Below are positions 47,560 to 57,166 of a stretch of 64,000 bases of DNA, piece by piece; position 1 is the first letter of the stretch; the number at the start of each line of letters is the position of its first letter. The notes under the pieces are model-generated. The model was not told the DNA's origin, ran no database searches, and worked only from the letters and a program-made list of their open reading frames with translations. The DNA is from Spirochaetales bacterium (GTDB taxonomy: Bacteria; Spirochaetota; Spirochaetia; Treponematales; Treponemataceae). Location: positions 1,031-65,030 of the forward strand of contig JAYVSC010000150.1 in assembly GCA_043775705.1 (NCBI GenBank). Direction: 5' to 3'. The translations under genes were made by a program, and so were the position numbers.

Positions 47560-48554
47560 TTGTACCTTTTTGCAATGCCTTCCGGAAACAGAATCAGATT
47601 GCCTCCGCGTTCTCTGCCGATGAGCGGCAGCTTGTGGGCCTGCTCTATAAGAGAGTCGGCATCCTTTGCGTGTTCAGGAAAGGCGGCGATCCCGATGCTC
47701 ACGGTCAAATGAAATCCTTCCTCAGGCAGAAAATTACTCGTATCGAGGGTGTTGTAGAAAAGCCGGATCAATTCGGCTGTCTTGACTGCCTCCGAACGCT
47801 CAAGGCCCCACAGCACGATTGCAAACTCGTTCCCGATATACCGTATCAGCCGGGTGTCCTTGCTCAGGTGTGACGGGAGCAGCCTTGCAATATGAAGCAG
47901 AAGCTTGTCGCCCGCTTCGTGTCCGGCGCTGTCGTTGATCTGCTTGAAGTTGTCCGGTTTGATCATCATGAGGTATACCGGCGGGGGCTTGTTTTTCAGC
48001 CACAGGGGCATGTTTTCCTCAAGGAAGGTTCTGTTGCAGAGATTGGTCAGCTTGTCTTCATAAATCTGGCGGCGCAGTTCCTGGATATTGGGGGAATTGT
48101 TCTTTAAAAGTGCGTTGGCTTCCCGGGTACGTTCGGCGATATCACTGATAAAGGCGTACAGTATTTTAGAGCCGGGGCCGGGATTTGAATCCAGAAACTG
48201 AGGGAAAGTAATATTGGTGGGGGGGAATTGGAGGAGGCTAGTCTTTGTTTCAGCTACTGCAGTGACGCTGTAGTTTTTTCCGGTAATCATGTCGATTTCA
48301 GCGAGGCTGTCACCCTCTATGACTTTCGCGATTTCCCGGCTGTTGCCGTAGTCGTCCATCTTCATGATGGTGATTTTTCCGGACAAGACCATGAACATGG
48401 CTCGTGCCTTTTCACCGATGGAAAAAATCGTTTCATTCGCCTCGAAGGAAACAACAGGAAGCTGGGCAGCAAGAGCGAATATTTCTTCGGGAGATAATGA
48501 CGAGAAAATGTTATGAGCTGAAAAAAGATTGTTTTTTTGTTCAATTACATTCAT
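47556..48554 (-). CDS. Degenerate cNMP-binding plus degenerate GGDEF protein
   Basis: Crp-type barrel with LAE...NYSVT, and IKPDNFKQIND...GHEAGD with RYIGNEF. Overlaps the next gene by ATGA. Confidence 0.82.
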   Translation of the reverse strand: MNVIEQKNNLFSAHNIFSSLSPEEIFALAAQLPVVSFEANETIFSIGEKARAMFMVLSGKITIMKMDDYGNSREIAKVIEGDSLAEIDMITGKNYSVTAVAETKTSLLQFPPTNITFPQFLDSNPGPGSKILYAFISDIAERTREANALLKNNSPNIQELRRQIYEDKLTNLCNRTFLEENMPLWLKNKPPPVYLMMIKPDNFKQINDSAGHEAGDKLLLHIARLLPSHLSKDTRLIRYIGNEFAIVLWGLERSEAVKTAELIRLFYNTLDTSNFLPEEGFHLTVSIGIAAFPEHAKDADSLIEQAHKLPLIGRERGGNLILFPEGIAKRYK

Positions 48555-48760
48555 TTCACATTGTCTCCATTATTATATTATATCAGTTTTTGACTTCTTT
48601 CCTTAAAAAAAATCAAAAATCAGTGATATTATCGGTTCTTTGGAGATTTATTTCACTTGACTTACATTTCAGACCGCTTTATCGTTATATTAACGGTTGA
48701 TTGAGGCTCAATTCAACGAGCTTGCAAGGCGAAATCCCGCATAGTTATAAGGAGTATTTG

Positions 48761-48979
48761 ATGAACAGACTGCTTGGAATGATAGGAACAACCGCTGGCG
48801 GCGGTCTCATAGGTGCCGGAATACAGCGTACGTATTCCGTCGGAAATAAATTAACGTCGGGATTTTCCAAATTATTCGGACAGGGACGCTTCAACTTCGA
48901 CGATACCACCTGGACTCTGCTGATCTGCGGTATCGCGGTTTTGTGCGTCGGCGTATATTTTTCGACCAGAAGAAGATAA
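48761..48979 (+). CDS. Small two-TM membrane protein (DUF3185-like)
   Basis: 72 aa after AAGGAG, with two hydrophobic Gly-rich segments and a basic C-terminus. The family call is by recalled pattern only. Confidence 0.55.
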   Translation: MNRLLGMIGTTAGGGLIGAGIQRTYSVGNKLTSGFSKLFGQGRFNFDDTTWTLLICGIAVLCVGVYFSTRRR

Positions 48980-48980
48980 C

Positions 48981-49010
48981 TTGCATAATTAGTTCTCCTT
49001 GCGATATAAT
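48981..49010 (+). promoter_or_regulatory. Probable sigma70 promoter of the liv operon
   Basis: TTGCAT-18-TATAAT. Confidence 0.6.
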
Positions 49011-49026
49011 CCACAAGTTAGCAAAT

Positions 49027-49058
49027 ACGCCGGAGTGTTGTCATTCCGGCGTTTTTTT
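49027..49058 (+). terminator. Intrinsic terminator just upstream of livK
   Basis: ACGCCGGAGTG-ttgt-CATTCCGGCGT followed by a T run. Confidence 0.8.
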
Positions 49059-49071
49059 GTGAGGAGGCTCT

Positions 49072-50232
49072 ATGAAAAAAGCAGGTAAAATTCTTGCAGC
49101 ACTACTTGTCGCAACAGCTGTTCTTGCAGCGGGTTGCAGTAAATCATCCGCAGGCGCATCGAACGTAATCAAGATCGGCGTGTTCGAACCGATGACCGGC
49201 GCAAACGCGGCCGGCGGCGCAATGGAAGTCGAAGGCATCAAGCTTGCCAACGAACTGTATCCGACCGTTACCGTCGGCGGAAAAGAATACAAGATCGAAC
49301 TTGTTATCGCCGATAACAAGAGCGACAAGGTTGAGGCCGCCAATGCCGCCCAGCGCCTTGTCGACAAAGATAAAGTTTCTGTCGTGCTCGGCTCATGGGG
49401 CTCATCCCTTTCAATGGCTGCGGGTCCCATCGTTCAGGAAGCAAAGGTTCCCGCGATTGGTCTTTCATGCACCAACCCCCTTGTTACCCTTGGTAATGAC
49501 TATTACTTCCGCGTCTGCTTTATCGATCCCTTCCAGGGAACAGTCATGGCGGCTTACGCATTCAACGTAGCCAAAGCCAAGACCGCCGTCATCGTGCAGG
49601 AAGTTTCGAACGACTACTCCGTGGGCCTCGCGAAATTCTTCACCGACAGTTTCAAGAAGCTGACCGGAAACGAAAAATGCATTCTTTCGGTCGTTAACTA
49701 CAACACCGGGGACCAGGACTTTACCGCCCAGCTTACCTCGATCAAATCGCTCAAGCCGGACGTAATCTTCGCTCCCGGAAACTATACCGAAAGCGCACTC
49801 GTCATGAAGCAGGCCCGCGAGCTCGGCATTACCGCTCCTTTCCTCGGCGGCGATACCTGGGAAACCCCCGAGTTCATCGACGTGGGCAAAAACCTCGTTG
49901 AGGGCGCGACCTTCTCCACATTCTTCGCCGCTGAAGGCGCTACCTCCGGCATGGCAAAGACCTTCGTCGACGCCTACACTGCGAAATACAGCAAGGAACC
50001 CGCTGCCGTTACCGCGCTCGGTTTCGACGGATACCTTGTTGCTCTTGACTCGATCAAGCGCGCCGACAGTCTTGACACCGTCAAGATTCGCGACGCGATT
50101 GCCGCAACCAAGGGATTCGAAGGTGCCGCAGGTACCGTGACTCTCGATATCAACGGCGACGCAACCAAGAGCGCGTACATCAAGACAGTTAAAGACGGCA
50201 AGTTTGCCTATTTGACCGTTGTTCAGCCCTAA
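49072..50232 (+). CDS. livK: Branched-chain amino-acid ABC transporter substrate-binding lipoprotein
   Basis: Lipobox LAAGC, IKIGVFEPMTG, DNKSD, FRVCFID and NDYSVG motifs. Confidence 0.9.
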   Translation: MKKAGKILAALLVATAVLAAGCSKSSAGASNVIKIGVFEPMTGANAAGGAMEVEGIKLANELYPTVTVGGKEYKIELVIADNKSDKVEAANAAQRLVDKDKVSVVLGSWGSSLSMAAGPIVQEAKVPAIGLSCTNPLVTLGNDYYFRVCFIDPFQGTVMAAYAFNVAKAKTAVIVQEVSNDYSVGLAKFFTDSFKKLTGNEKCILSVVNYNTGDQDFTAQLTSIKSLKPDVIFAPGNYTESALVMKQARELGITAPFLGGDTWETPEFIDVGKNLVEGATFSTFFAAEGATSGMAKTFVDAYTAKYSKEPAAVTALGFDGYLVALDSIKRADSLDTVKIRDAIAATKGFEGAAGTVTLDINGDATKSAYIKTVKDGKFAYLTVVQP

Positions 50233-50242
50233 TTGACTTATT

Positions 50243-50271
50243 CAGGCCCGGCAGCGTTGTCGGGCCTGTTT
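50243..50271 (+). terminator. Stem-loop after livK (partial terminator or stabiliser)
   Basis: CAGGCCCGGCA-gcgt-TGTCGGGCCTG followed by TTT. Confidence 0.6.
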
Positions 50272-50311
50272 ATCGCGAAAAAAATCCTGATGTTATAAGT
50301 ATGGTAGAAAA

Positions 50312-51205
50312 ATGACTTTTCCATTATTTTTGCAGCATCTGACAAATGCATTGTCTCTCGGCAGCCTGTATGCGCTCATAGCCATCGGATACACCATGGT
50401 CTACGGAATTCTCCGGCTCATCAATTTCGCGCACGGGGACGTGTTCATGCTCGGCGCCTATTTTGCCTTTTACCTTATCACGCTGCTTCTTCTGCCCTGG
50501 TGGGTTGCCTTTCTTGTGGCGATCGCCTTTACCGCGATGCTCGGCATAGGGCTTGAGCGCGTCGCGTACAAACCGCTCCGCGACTCCCCGAAAATTTCAA
50601 TCATGATAAGCGCAATCGGCGCTTCTTTCCTTATAGAAAACCTCGCGACCGTCGTGTTCGGCGGAAGGCCCAAAGGATTCACCGTTCCCGATGTGTTCAG
50701 CCAGGTCCTTCATTTCGGTTCCGTCTCGGTGGTGTCGATCAGCGTGATCATCCCGATTTTTACCTTCGCCCTCCTTGCGCTTCTTTTATGGATAGTGAAC
50801 AAGACGAAGACGGGTATGGCCATGCGCGCGGTCTCCACCGACCTTGACGCCGCGCGTCTTCAGGCTATCGACGTCAACCGCATCGTCTCGTTTACCTTCG
50901 GCCTCGGTTCCCTTCTTGCAGCGTTCGGCGGAATACTGTGGGCCTTGAAGTATCCCCAGCTCAACCCGACCATGGGAATTATGCCCGGCCTGAAGTGCTT
51001 TATCGCGGCCGTTCTCGGCGGTATCGGCAACATCATGGGCGCGGTTCTCGGGGGCTTCCTTCTCGGCATTCTCGAGATAATGATCATAGCCTTCCTTCCG
51101 GAACTATCCGGATACCGCGACGCTTTTGCCTTTATCGTGCTCATACTCGTGCTGCTCCTGAAGCCCTCCGGCCTGCTCGGAAAAAATCAGGTAGAGAAGG
51201 TGTGA
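50312..51205 (+). CDS. livH: BCAA ABC transporter permease
   Basis: GSLYALIAIGYTMVYG...INFAHG, GMAMRA and AAVLGGIG motifs. Confidence 0.93.
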   Translation: MTFPLFLQHLTNALSLGSLYALIAIGYTMVYGILRLINFAHGDVFMLGAYFAFYLITLLLLPWWVAFLVAIAFTAMLGIGLERVAYKPLRDSPKISIMISAIGASFLIENLATVVFGGRPKGFTVPDVFSQVLHFGSVSVVSISVIIPIFTFALLALLLWIVNKTKTGMAMRAVSTDLDAARLQAIDVNRIVSFTFGLGSLLAAFGGILWALKYPQLNPTMGIMPGLKCFIAAVLGGIGNIMGAVLGGFLLGILEIMIIAFLPELSGYRDAFAFIVLILVLLLKPSGLLGKNQVEKV

Positions 51206-51206
51206 T

Positions 51207-52235
51207 ATGAATAAACAAGCAAAGCTCGCCCTCACGATTGTGTCCTGTCTCGCGATCGCCGGAATCATCTTCTCCATGGACAACTTTTTCGGAAACTTCA
51301 CCGTGCGCGTCTTCAATCTTTGCGCCATCTACATCATCCTCGCGCTTTCGATGAATCTGCTGAACGGCTTTACCGGCCTGTTTTCCCTCGGGCACGCGGG
51401 TTTCATGGCGATCGGAGCCTATGTCTGCGCCCTCCTGACGATGAGCCCCGCGCAGAAGACGCTCAACTTTTTTCTCGCGCCGATCGTTCCCTGGCTCGCG
51501 AACGTGCAGCTGCCCTTTATTCCCGCCCTTATCATTGCGGGAAGCGTCGCCGCCCTCTTCGCCTGGGTTATCGGCACCCCGGTGCTGCGCCTCAGGGACG
51601 ACTACCTGGCCATCGCCACTCTCGGCTTCGCGGAGATTATCCGGGTGCTCATCACGAATATGCAGACGGTCACCAACGGCGCCCTCGGCCTGAAGGGCCT
51701 TCCGAAATATTCGACCACCTGGGTTATATGGTCCATCGCGGCGCTTACCGTGGTCTTCATGTATTCCCTCGTGCATTCCGCCTTCGGCCGCTCGCTCAAG
51801 GCTGTGCGCGATAACGAAATCGCCGCAGAGGCCATGGGCATCGACGTCGCGCACGTAAAGATCGTCAGCTTCGTGGTGTCGAGCTTCATCGCCGGCGTCG
51901 GCGGCGCCCTGCTTGGGCACCTGATGACGACCATAGACCCGAAGATGTTCATCTTCGGGCTTACCTACAACATTCTGCTCATCGTGGTTCTCGGCGGTAA
52001 CGGCAGTATTACGGGCTCCGTCATCGCGTCCATCGTGGTAACCGTCCTGATGGAGCTTCTCCGCTTCCTCGACGGTCCGCTCAACCTGATCTTTTTCACG
52101 ACCGAAGGCCTTCCGGGTCTCCGCATGGTCGTGTTCTCCCTCCTCCTGATGATTGTGGTCATCTACCGGCAAAAGGGACTGATGGGTACGCGCGAGTTCT
52201 CTTGGGACATGATTGTCAAGGGAGGCAAGCGATGA
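51207..52235 (+). CDS. livM: BCAA ABC transporter permease
   Basis: NLLNGFTGLFSLGHAGF, LRDDYLAIATLGFAE and VVLGG.GS motifs. Confidence 0.93.
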   Translation: MNKQAKLALTIVSCLAIAGIIFSMDNFFGNFTVRVFNLCAIYIILALSMNLLNGFTGLFSLGHAGFMAIGAYVCALLTMSPAQKTLNFFLAPIVPWLANVQLPFIPALIIAGSVAALFAWVIGTPVLRLRDDYLAIATLGFAEIIRVLITNMQTVTNGALGLKGLPKYSTTWVIWSIAALTVVFMYSLVHSAFGRSLKAVRDNEIAAEAMGIDVAHVKIVSFVVSSFIAGVGGALLGHLMTTIDPKMFIFGLTYNILLIVVLGGNGSITGSVIASIVVTVLMELLRFLDGPLNLIFFTTEGLPGLRMVVFSLLLMIVVIYRQKGLMGTREFSWDMIVKGGKR

Positions 52236-52990
52236 TGCTGATCGCCAAGGGCGCAACCATGAAGTTCGGCGGTCTCACCGCCGTGTCCGACCTGAACATC
52301 ACCGTCGGCAAGAACGAGATCGTCGGCCTCATCGGACCGAACGGGGCCGGCAAGACAACCGCCTTCAACATGATTACCGGGGTCTACAAGCCGACCGAGG
52401 GGACAATCACCTACAAGGGGACTGATATCTCGAAACTCCCCCCGCACAAGATCACATCTTTGGGACTTGCCCGCACCTTTCAGAACATACGCCTTTTCCG
52501 GGCAATGAACGTGATCGAAAACGTGCTCGTCGCGAGCAACCTCAGGATGGGCGTTCAGTTCCTTCCTTCGGTGCTGCACCTTCCGGGGTATTTAAAAAAA
52601 GAAAAGGACGCGCGCGAAAAGGCCATGCACCTGCTCGAGCAGGTCGGCCTTGAAAGCTATGCTCTTGACGCGGCAACCTCCCTGCCGTACGGGAAGCAGC
52701 GCAGACTGGAGATCGTCCGCGCCCTCGCGACCAACCCGAGCATTCTGCTTCTTGACGAGCCCGCTGCCGGTATGAATCCCCAGGAATCCCACGAGCTGAT
52801 GGATTTTATCCTTAAGATCCAGAGACAGTTCGGCATTTCGATTCTTCTGATCGAACATCACATGCAGGTCGTCATGGGCGTGTGCTCGCGGATGTACGTG
52901 CTCGAATACGGAATCACGATCGCCGACGGAACGCCCGATCAGATTCAGAAAAATCAGCGCGTCATCGATGCGTATCTGGGGGTGGAATAA
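52232..52990 (+). CDS. livG: BCAA ABC transporter ATP-binding subunit
   Basis: GPNGAGKTT, ARTFQNIRLF, LPYGKQRRLEI and LLDEPAAG motifs. Confidence 0.93.
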   Translation: MMLIAKGATMKFGGLTAVSDLNITVGKNEIVGLIGPNGAGKTTAFNMITGVYKPTEGTITYKGTDISKLPPHKITSLGLARTFQNIRLFRAMNVIENVLVASNLRMGVQFLPSVLHLPGYLKKEKDAREKAMHLLEQVGLESYALDAATSLPYGKQRRLEIVRALATNPSILLLDEPAAGMNPQESHELMDFILKIQRQFGISILLIEHHMQVVMGVCSRMYVLEYGITIADGTPDQIQKNQRVIDAYLGVE

Positions 52991-53697
52991 TGCTGAAATT
53001 GGAAGGTGTATCTGTCTATTATGACGGCATCCATGCGCTTCAAGAGGTTTCGTTCGAAGTGCCTGACGGAAAAATTGTGTCCCTCATCGGCGCGAACGGC
53101 GCGGGAAAGTCCACGACCCTCAAATCGATCATCGGACTCGTAAAGCCGTCCGCGGGGAAAATATACTGGAACGACACCTGCATTACGGGCCTTGCCACAA
53201 AGGATATTGTAAAGCAGGGCATCGTGCTCGTTCCGGAAGGCAGGCGCATATTCCCGAATCTGACGGTGGAGGAAAATTTGGTCCTCGGCGCCTATTCCCG
53301 GAAGGACAAGGACGGCATCAAAAAGGACCGCGCGATGGTCTACGATTTTTTCCCCCGGCTCGCCGAAAGACTCGGCCAGCATGCGGGCACTCTTTCAGGC
53401 GGAGAGCAGCAGATGCTAGCGGTCGGCCGGGGTCTTATGACCCGTCCGAAGCTGTTCATGCTGGACGAGCCCTCGCTGGGTCTCGCGCCCCTTATCGTGA
53501 AAATGATAATCGCGATCGTCCGGGAGATCAATAAGGGCGGAACCACCGTTCTTCTGGTCGAGCAGAACGCGCGCGCCGCGCTCGAGGTAGCCGATTACGG
53601 CTATGTGCTCGAAACCGGCGCCATATCGTTTTCCGGCACGGGCGGGGCATTGCTTACGGATGACAGGGTGAGAAAGGCGTATCTGGGGGAAAGCTGA
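52990..53697 (+). CDS. livF: BCAA ABC transporter ATP-binding subunit
   Basis: GANGAGKST, VPEGRRIF, LSGGEQQM, LDEPSLG and VEQN motifs. Confidence 0.93.
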   Translation: MLKLEGVSVYYDGIHALQEVSFEVPDGKIVSLIGANGAGKSTTLKSIIGLVKPSAGKIYWNDTCITGLATKDIVKQGIVLVPEGRRIFPNLTVEENLVLGAYSRKDKDGIKKDRAMVYDFFPRLAERLGQHAGTLSGGEQQMLAVGRGLMTRPKLFMLDEPSLGLAPLIVKMIIAIVREINKGGTTVLLVEQNARAALEVADYGYVLETGAISFSGTGGALLTDDRVRKAYLGES

Positions 53698-53717
53698 AAG
53701 AGGAGGGAATGCAGCCT

Positions 53718-54962
53718 TTATACGGCTACCCTGTTTTTTCCGCCGCGTTTGGCCTCATAGAGCTTTTCATCGGCCCGACCGATGATTTTCTCGCTCCTAT
53801 CGCCTTTCTCCCTCACTGCCACCCCGATGGAAACCGTCGTCAGTATTTTCGGATTTGAAAAAACCAGCAGCTCGATTTTTTGGCGGATCTCTTCGGCGAT
53901 TTGAACGGCTTTTTCAAGCCCGGTTTCCGGAAGTATCATGACAAATTCCTCCCCTCCGTATCGGCCGAAAATATCGTTCTCCCGCTTCGTTGTCTGAATG
54001 GTTTTGGCCACCGTCATAAGCGCCTCGTCACCGGCCTGATGCCCTTCCGCATCATTCAGTTTTTTAAAATCATCCATATCAAGCATGAGGACCGTCATTT
54101 CGGTTTTGTTTTTTTCGGCGTCGCGAAGGGTGTTTTCCAGCAAGTGGAAAGAATGCGCATGGTTGAAGGCACCGGTAAGCCCGTCGGTGATCGCGGTTTT
54201 TTTGAGCTTGCTGTTCAGGAGATAGGATCTTATGTTGACTTTTATCCTGGCCATGAAAATATTCGCGTCGAAGGGTTTTGTGATGTAATCATCGGCACCT
54301 GCCATAAGGACATTCGATAGGGTCCTGTCATTGGAAATGGCCGACATGCATATTATGATGGCTTCCGGATTTTTGCGCCGTACCGCTGAAATTACGGCAT
54401 CGCCCGATATTCCGGGAAGAATGTAATCAATTATATATAGATCAAACCGGTTCGTGGATTCGAGAAATAAAACGGGATCAGAAACCAAAACGATTTCTGT
54501 CAGAGAATTCAACTCAAAAATAGTTTTTACGAATGAAATCACCGTCTGTGAATCGTCGAGCACCGCGATTTTAAGCGATTTCAGGTATTGCTGCACTTCG
54601 TCCGTTTTCGCAATCATGTTGAAGTAGCGTGCAAAACGCTCGAAAGTAAGATCGGATTTCAGTATATAATCGAATATACCGAGCTCGAACAATTCCTTCC
54701 GGATGGTTACGGAAAAATTCGAGCTCATGACTATGACCGGAATCGGAATTTTTCGTTTTTTTGTGATCGAGCGGATGAGTTTAAAGGAATTTCCGTCGGG
54801 AAATTCAAGACCCATGATGATCAGGTCGATATACTCACTTTCAATGCTTTTAGCGCCTTCGGTCAGGGTAAATGCCGCAATATAGGTATGACCGCATTCG
54901 GTAACGACCTTTGACATGATATTATGAAGCATTTTCGAACTATCCAGATAAAGTACGTTCAT
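53718..54962 (-). CDS. PleD-like REC-REC-GGDEF diguanylate cyclase
   Basis: The first REC has Gly at the Asp site and the second reads IIDYILP. DMDDFKKLND..GHQAGD, REND I-site and RYGGEEF. Confidence 0.9.
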   Translation of the reverse strand: MNVLYLDSSKMLHNIMSKVVTECGHTYIAAFTLTEGAKSIESEYIDLIIMGLEFPDGNSFKLIRSITKKRKIPIPVIVMSSNFSVTIRKELFELGIFDYILKSDLTFERFARYFNMIAKTDEVQQYLKSLKIAVLDDSQTVISFVKTIFELNSLTEIVLVSDPVLFLESTNRFDLYIIDYILPGISGDAVISAVRRKNPEAIIICMSAISNDRTLSNVLMAGADDYITKPFDANIFMARIKVNIRSYLLNSKLKKTAITDGLTGAFNHAHSFHLLENTLRDAEKNKTEMTVLMLDMDDFKKLNDAEGHQAGDEALMTVAKTIQTTKRENDIFGRYGGEEFVMILPETGLEKAVQIAEEIRQKIELLVFSNPKILTTVSIGVAVREKGDRSEKIIGRADEKLYEAKRGGKNRVAV

Positions 54963-55059
54963 GTATTTTCCTTATTATGAAATCCTGCAATTGTTCTATT
55001 ATCAATATACAAAATTTTGATGGGTAAAAGAGGTGGTATAAAACGATATTACACGCAAA

Positions 55060-55101
55060 TGAATTAAAATGCTTGACAGAATGCATATATATGCATAAAC
55101 T
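55060..55101 (+). promoter_or_regulatory. ilv leader promoter with tandem palindromic boxes
   Basis: TTGACA (55073)-17-TAAACT. Boxes are TGAATTAAAATGCT (55060) and TGCATATATATGCA (55082). Confidence 0.75.
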
Positions 55102-55107
55102 GTGTAT

Positions 55108-55200
55108 ATGAATACAGCATTCAGCCTTTTGACAGTCGTCCTACTCGTCGTCGTCCTTGTAGTCGTTACAGGAAGTGGGCCGGTTCTGTCGTTGGCATGA
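55108..55200 (+). CDS. Val/Leu-rich attenuator leader peptide (30 aa), absent from the ORF track
   Basis: MNTAFSLLTVVLLVVVLVVVTGSGPVLSLA*, with 9 Val, 7 Leu and no Ile, directly ahead of a terminator and ilvB. Confidence 0.88.
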   Translation: MNTAFSLLTVVLLVVVLVVVTGSGPVLSLA

Positions 55201-55217
55201 GTTTTCGTTGATTGACG

Positions 55218-55250
55218 AAACCCTCCGGCAGAACCGGAGGGTTTTTTTTT
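55218..55250 (+). terminator. ilvB attenuator terminator
   Basis: AAACCCTCCGG-cagaa-CCGGAGGGTTT followed by a T run. The antiterminator pairs 55180-55191 with 55226-55237. Confidence 0.9.
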
Positions 55251-55269
55251 GTTTTATGAGGGGGACAGA

Positions 55270-57027
55270 ATGATTGAAGCTACAGGCGCACAGATTATTG
55301 TTACGCTGCTCGAGAGGCAGGGAGTCCGGATAGTTGCTGGAATTCCCGGCGGTTCGGTATTACCCTTGTATGACGAGATCAAGAAGAGCGGCATTCAGCA
55401 TGTGCTGGTCCGCCATGAGCAGGGAGGCGGCTTCTTGGCCCAGGGCATTTCCCGCACGACCGGAGTTCCCGGGGTCTGCATTGCGACGAGTGGTCCCGGT
55501 GCTATGAATCTCCTCACCTCCATCGCCGACGCCCGTTCCGACTCTATTCCCCTGGTCGCCATTACCGGTCAGGTTAATTCCTACCTCATCGGCACCGATG
55601 CCTTCCAGGAGGCAGATACCTTCGGGCTTTCCTTCCCGATTACCAAGCACAGCATGATGATAAAGGCGGCCGAGGAACTGCTGAAGGCGATTCCCCTCGC
55701 GTTTACCCTCGCATCTTCAGGCCGGCCCGGCCCGGTTCTGATAGACATTCCCCGGGATGTACAGCTCGAGAAAATTTCATTCGATGCATGGCCTGCCCCG
55801 GGCATCGGAGTAAAAAGGGCTGAGCAGTTCCGGACACGCGAGAGCGAGTTTCCTCAGATTCTGGGAGAGTCGTCCGTTTTGCTCGCGTCCTCTTTCCGTC
55901 CGGTGCTCTATACCGGCGGCGGCTGCAACAGCCCCGAGGCCGCGAAGGGAATCGCGCGTTTGCTCGAAGTGCTTCCCATGCCGGTGGTGACGAGTCTTAT
56001 GGGCATAGGCTCGGTGCCGTCGGACCACCCTTCCAATTTGGGAATGGTCGGTATGCACGGGAGCAGTGCGGCGAACCGGGCCATGTTCGAGTCGGACGTA
56101 GTGCTCGCCGCCGGTGTCCGCTTTGACGATCGGGCAACAGGCGTGATCAAGAAATTCTGCCCCGGGGCGAGGATCATCCACATCGACATCGATGCAGCCG
56201 AGGTGAATAAAATACTGCCTGCTTTGCATGCCATCATCGCCGACGTCGAGTCAGCCATCCCCGTTCTCGCCGAACTTGTCGGGAGGATTCTCGCATCCGA
56301 TACATCGTCCGCTCCTGATGCAAAGGCGGCACGGGAAAGAAATGAATGGCTTGTACGCGTCCAGATCATGAAGGGCGAGCAGAAAATCCGGGACAGGGCG
56401 TTCGCCGATAAAGCTGCAGGCGAAGGCGGCTTATCCCATCCAGGCACTTTTATCGCCTCCCTTCCCGTTCTTGCCGGGAAAGCAGGACTTGATCCCGCGG
56501 ATATCATCGTCGCTACCGATGTCGGCCAGCACCAGATGTGGACCGCCCAGTATTATCCGGTAACCCGCCCCCGGCAGTTCCTGACCTCGGGGTCCCTGGG
56601 GACCATGGGATTCGGGCTGCCTGTGGCGATCGGGGCTGCCCTCGCGAATCCGGGAAAACGGGTTCTGTGCATTTCGGGCGACGGCTCCATCATGATGAAT
56701 ATCCAGGAAATGGCGACACTCGCCGAGCTGGGCCTTGACGTGACCGTCATCGTTCTCGACAACGGGGCTTTGGGCATGGTGCGCCAGCAGCAGGAATTCT
56801 TCTTCGCGAAAAACTACTCGGCGAGCATTTATGCCAAGTCCCCCGATTTGGTTCGCATTGCCGAGGCTTTCGGCATAACTGCCCTGGACACCGAGAGTCC
56901 CGAATGGGAAAAGATCGCCTTCGGGGGAAAGGGACCCCGCTTTATCCGCTGCAGGATCGGACAGGATCAAAACGTATATCCGTTTGTGCCGGCGGGAAAG
57001 GCGAATGTGGAGGCCGTCACGGGGTAG
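55270..57027 (+). CDS. ilvB: Acetolactate synthase large subunit
   Basis: [41 protein letters not shown] and GDGS...DNGALGMV motifs. Confidence 0.95.
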   Translation: MIEATGAQIIVTLLERQGVRIVAGIPGGSVLPLYDEIKKSGIQHVLVRHEQGGGFLAQGISRTTGVPGVCIATSGPGAMNLLTSIADARSDSIPLVAITGQVNSYLIGTDAFQEADTFGLSFPITKHSMMIKAAEELLKAIPLAFTLASSGRPGPVLIDIPRDVQLEKISFDAWPAPGIGVKRAEQFRTRESEFPQILGESSVLLASSFRPVLYTGGGCNSPEAAKGIARLLEVLPMPVVTSLMGIGSVPSDHPSNLGMVGMHGSSAANRAMFESDVVLAAGVRFDDRATGVIKKFCPGARIIHIDIDAAEVNKILPALHAIIADVESAIPVLAELVGRILASDTSSAPDAKAARERNEWLVRVQIMKGEQKIRDRAFADKAAGEGGLSHPGTFIASLPVLAGKAGLDPADIIVATDVGQHQMWTAQYYPVTRPRQFLTSGSLGTMGFGLPVAIGAALANPGKRVLCISGDGSIMMNIQEMATLAELGLDVTVIVLDNGALGMVRQQQEFFFAKNYSASIYAKSPDLVRIAEAFGITALDTESPEWEKIAFGGKGPRFIRCRIGQDQNVYPFVPAGKANVEAVTG

Positions 57028-57166
57028 GGGGAACTTGGCGTTCGGCGGCTTAAAAACAATGTGGAATTGAAAAAAACGGCATTATTTTTCCCGATTACCT
57101 GGATTGCTTCATACAATGTGCTATGATCTGTGTATACATAAAAGTCTCTTAGCTTCCCAATCTTTT

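Noticed and set aside
51141-52256. 371-aa minus-strand ORF
   Set aside because: Antisense shadow of livM.
53718-54962. REC-REC-GGDEF gene as a novel system
   Set aside because: Standard PleD-like architecture with canonical motifs.
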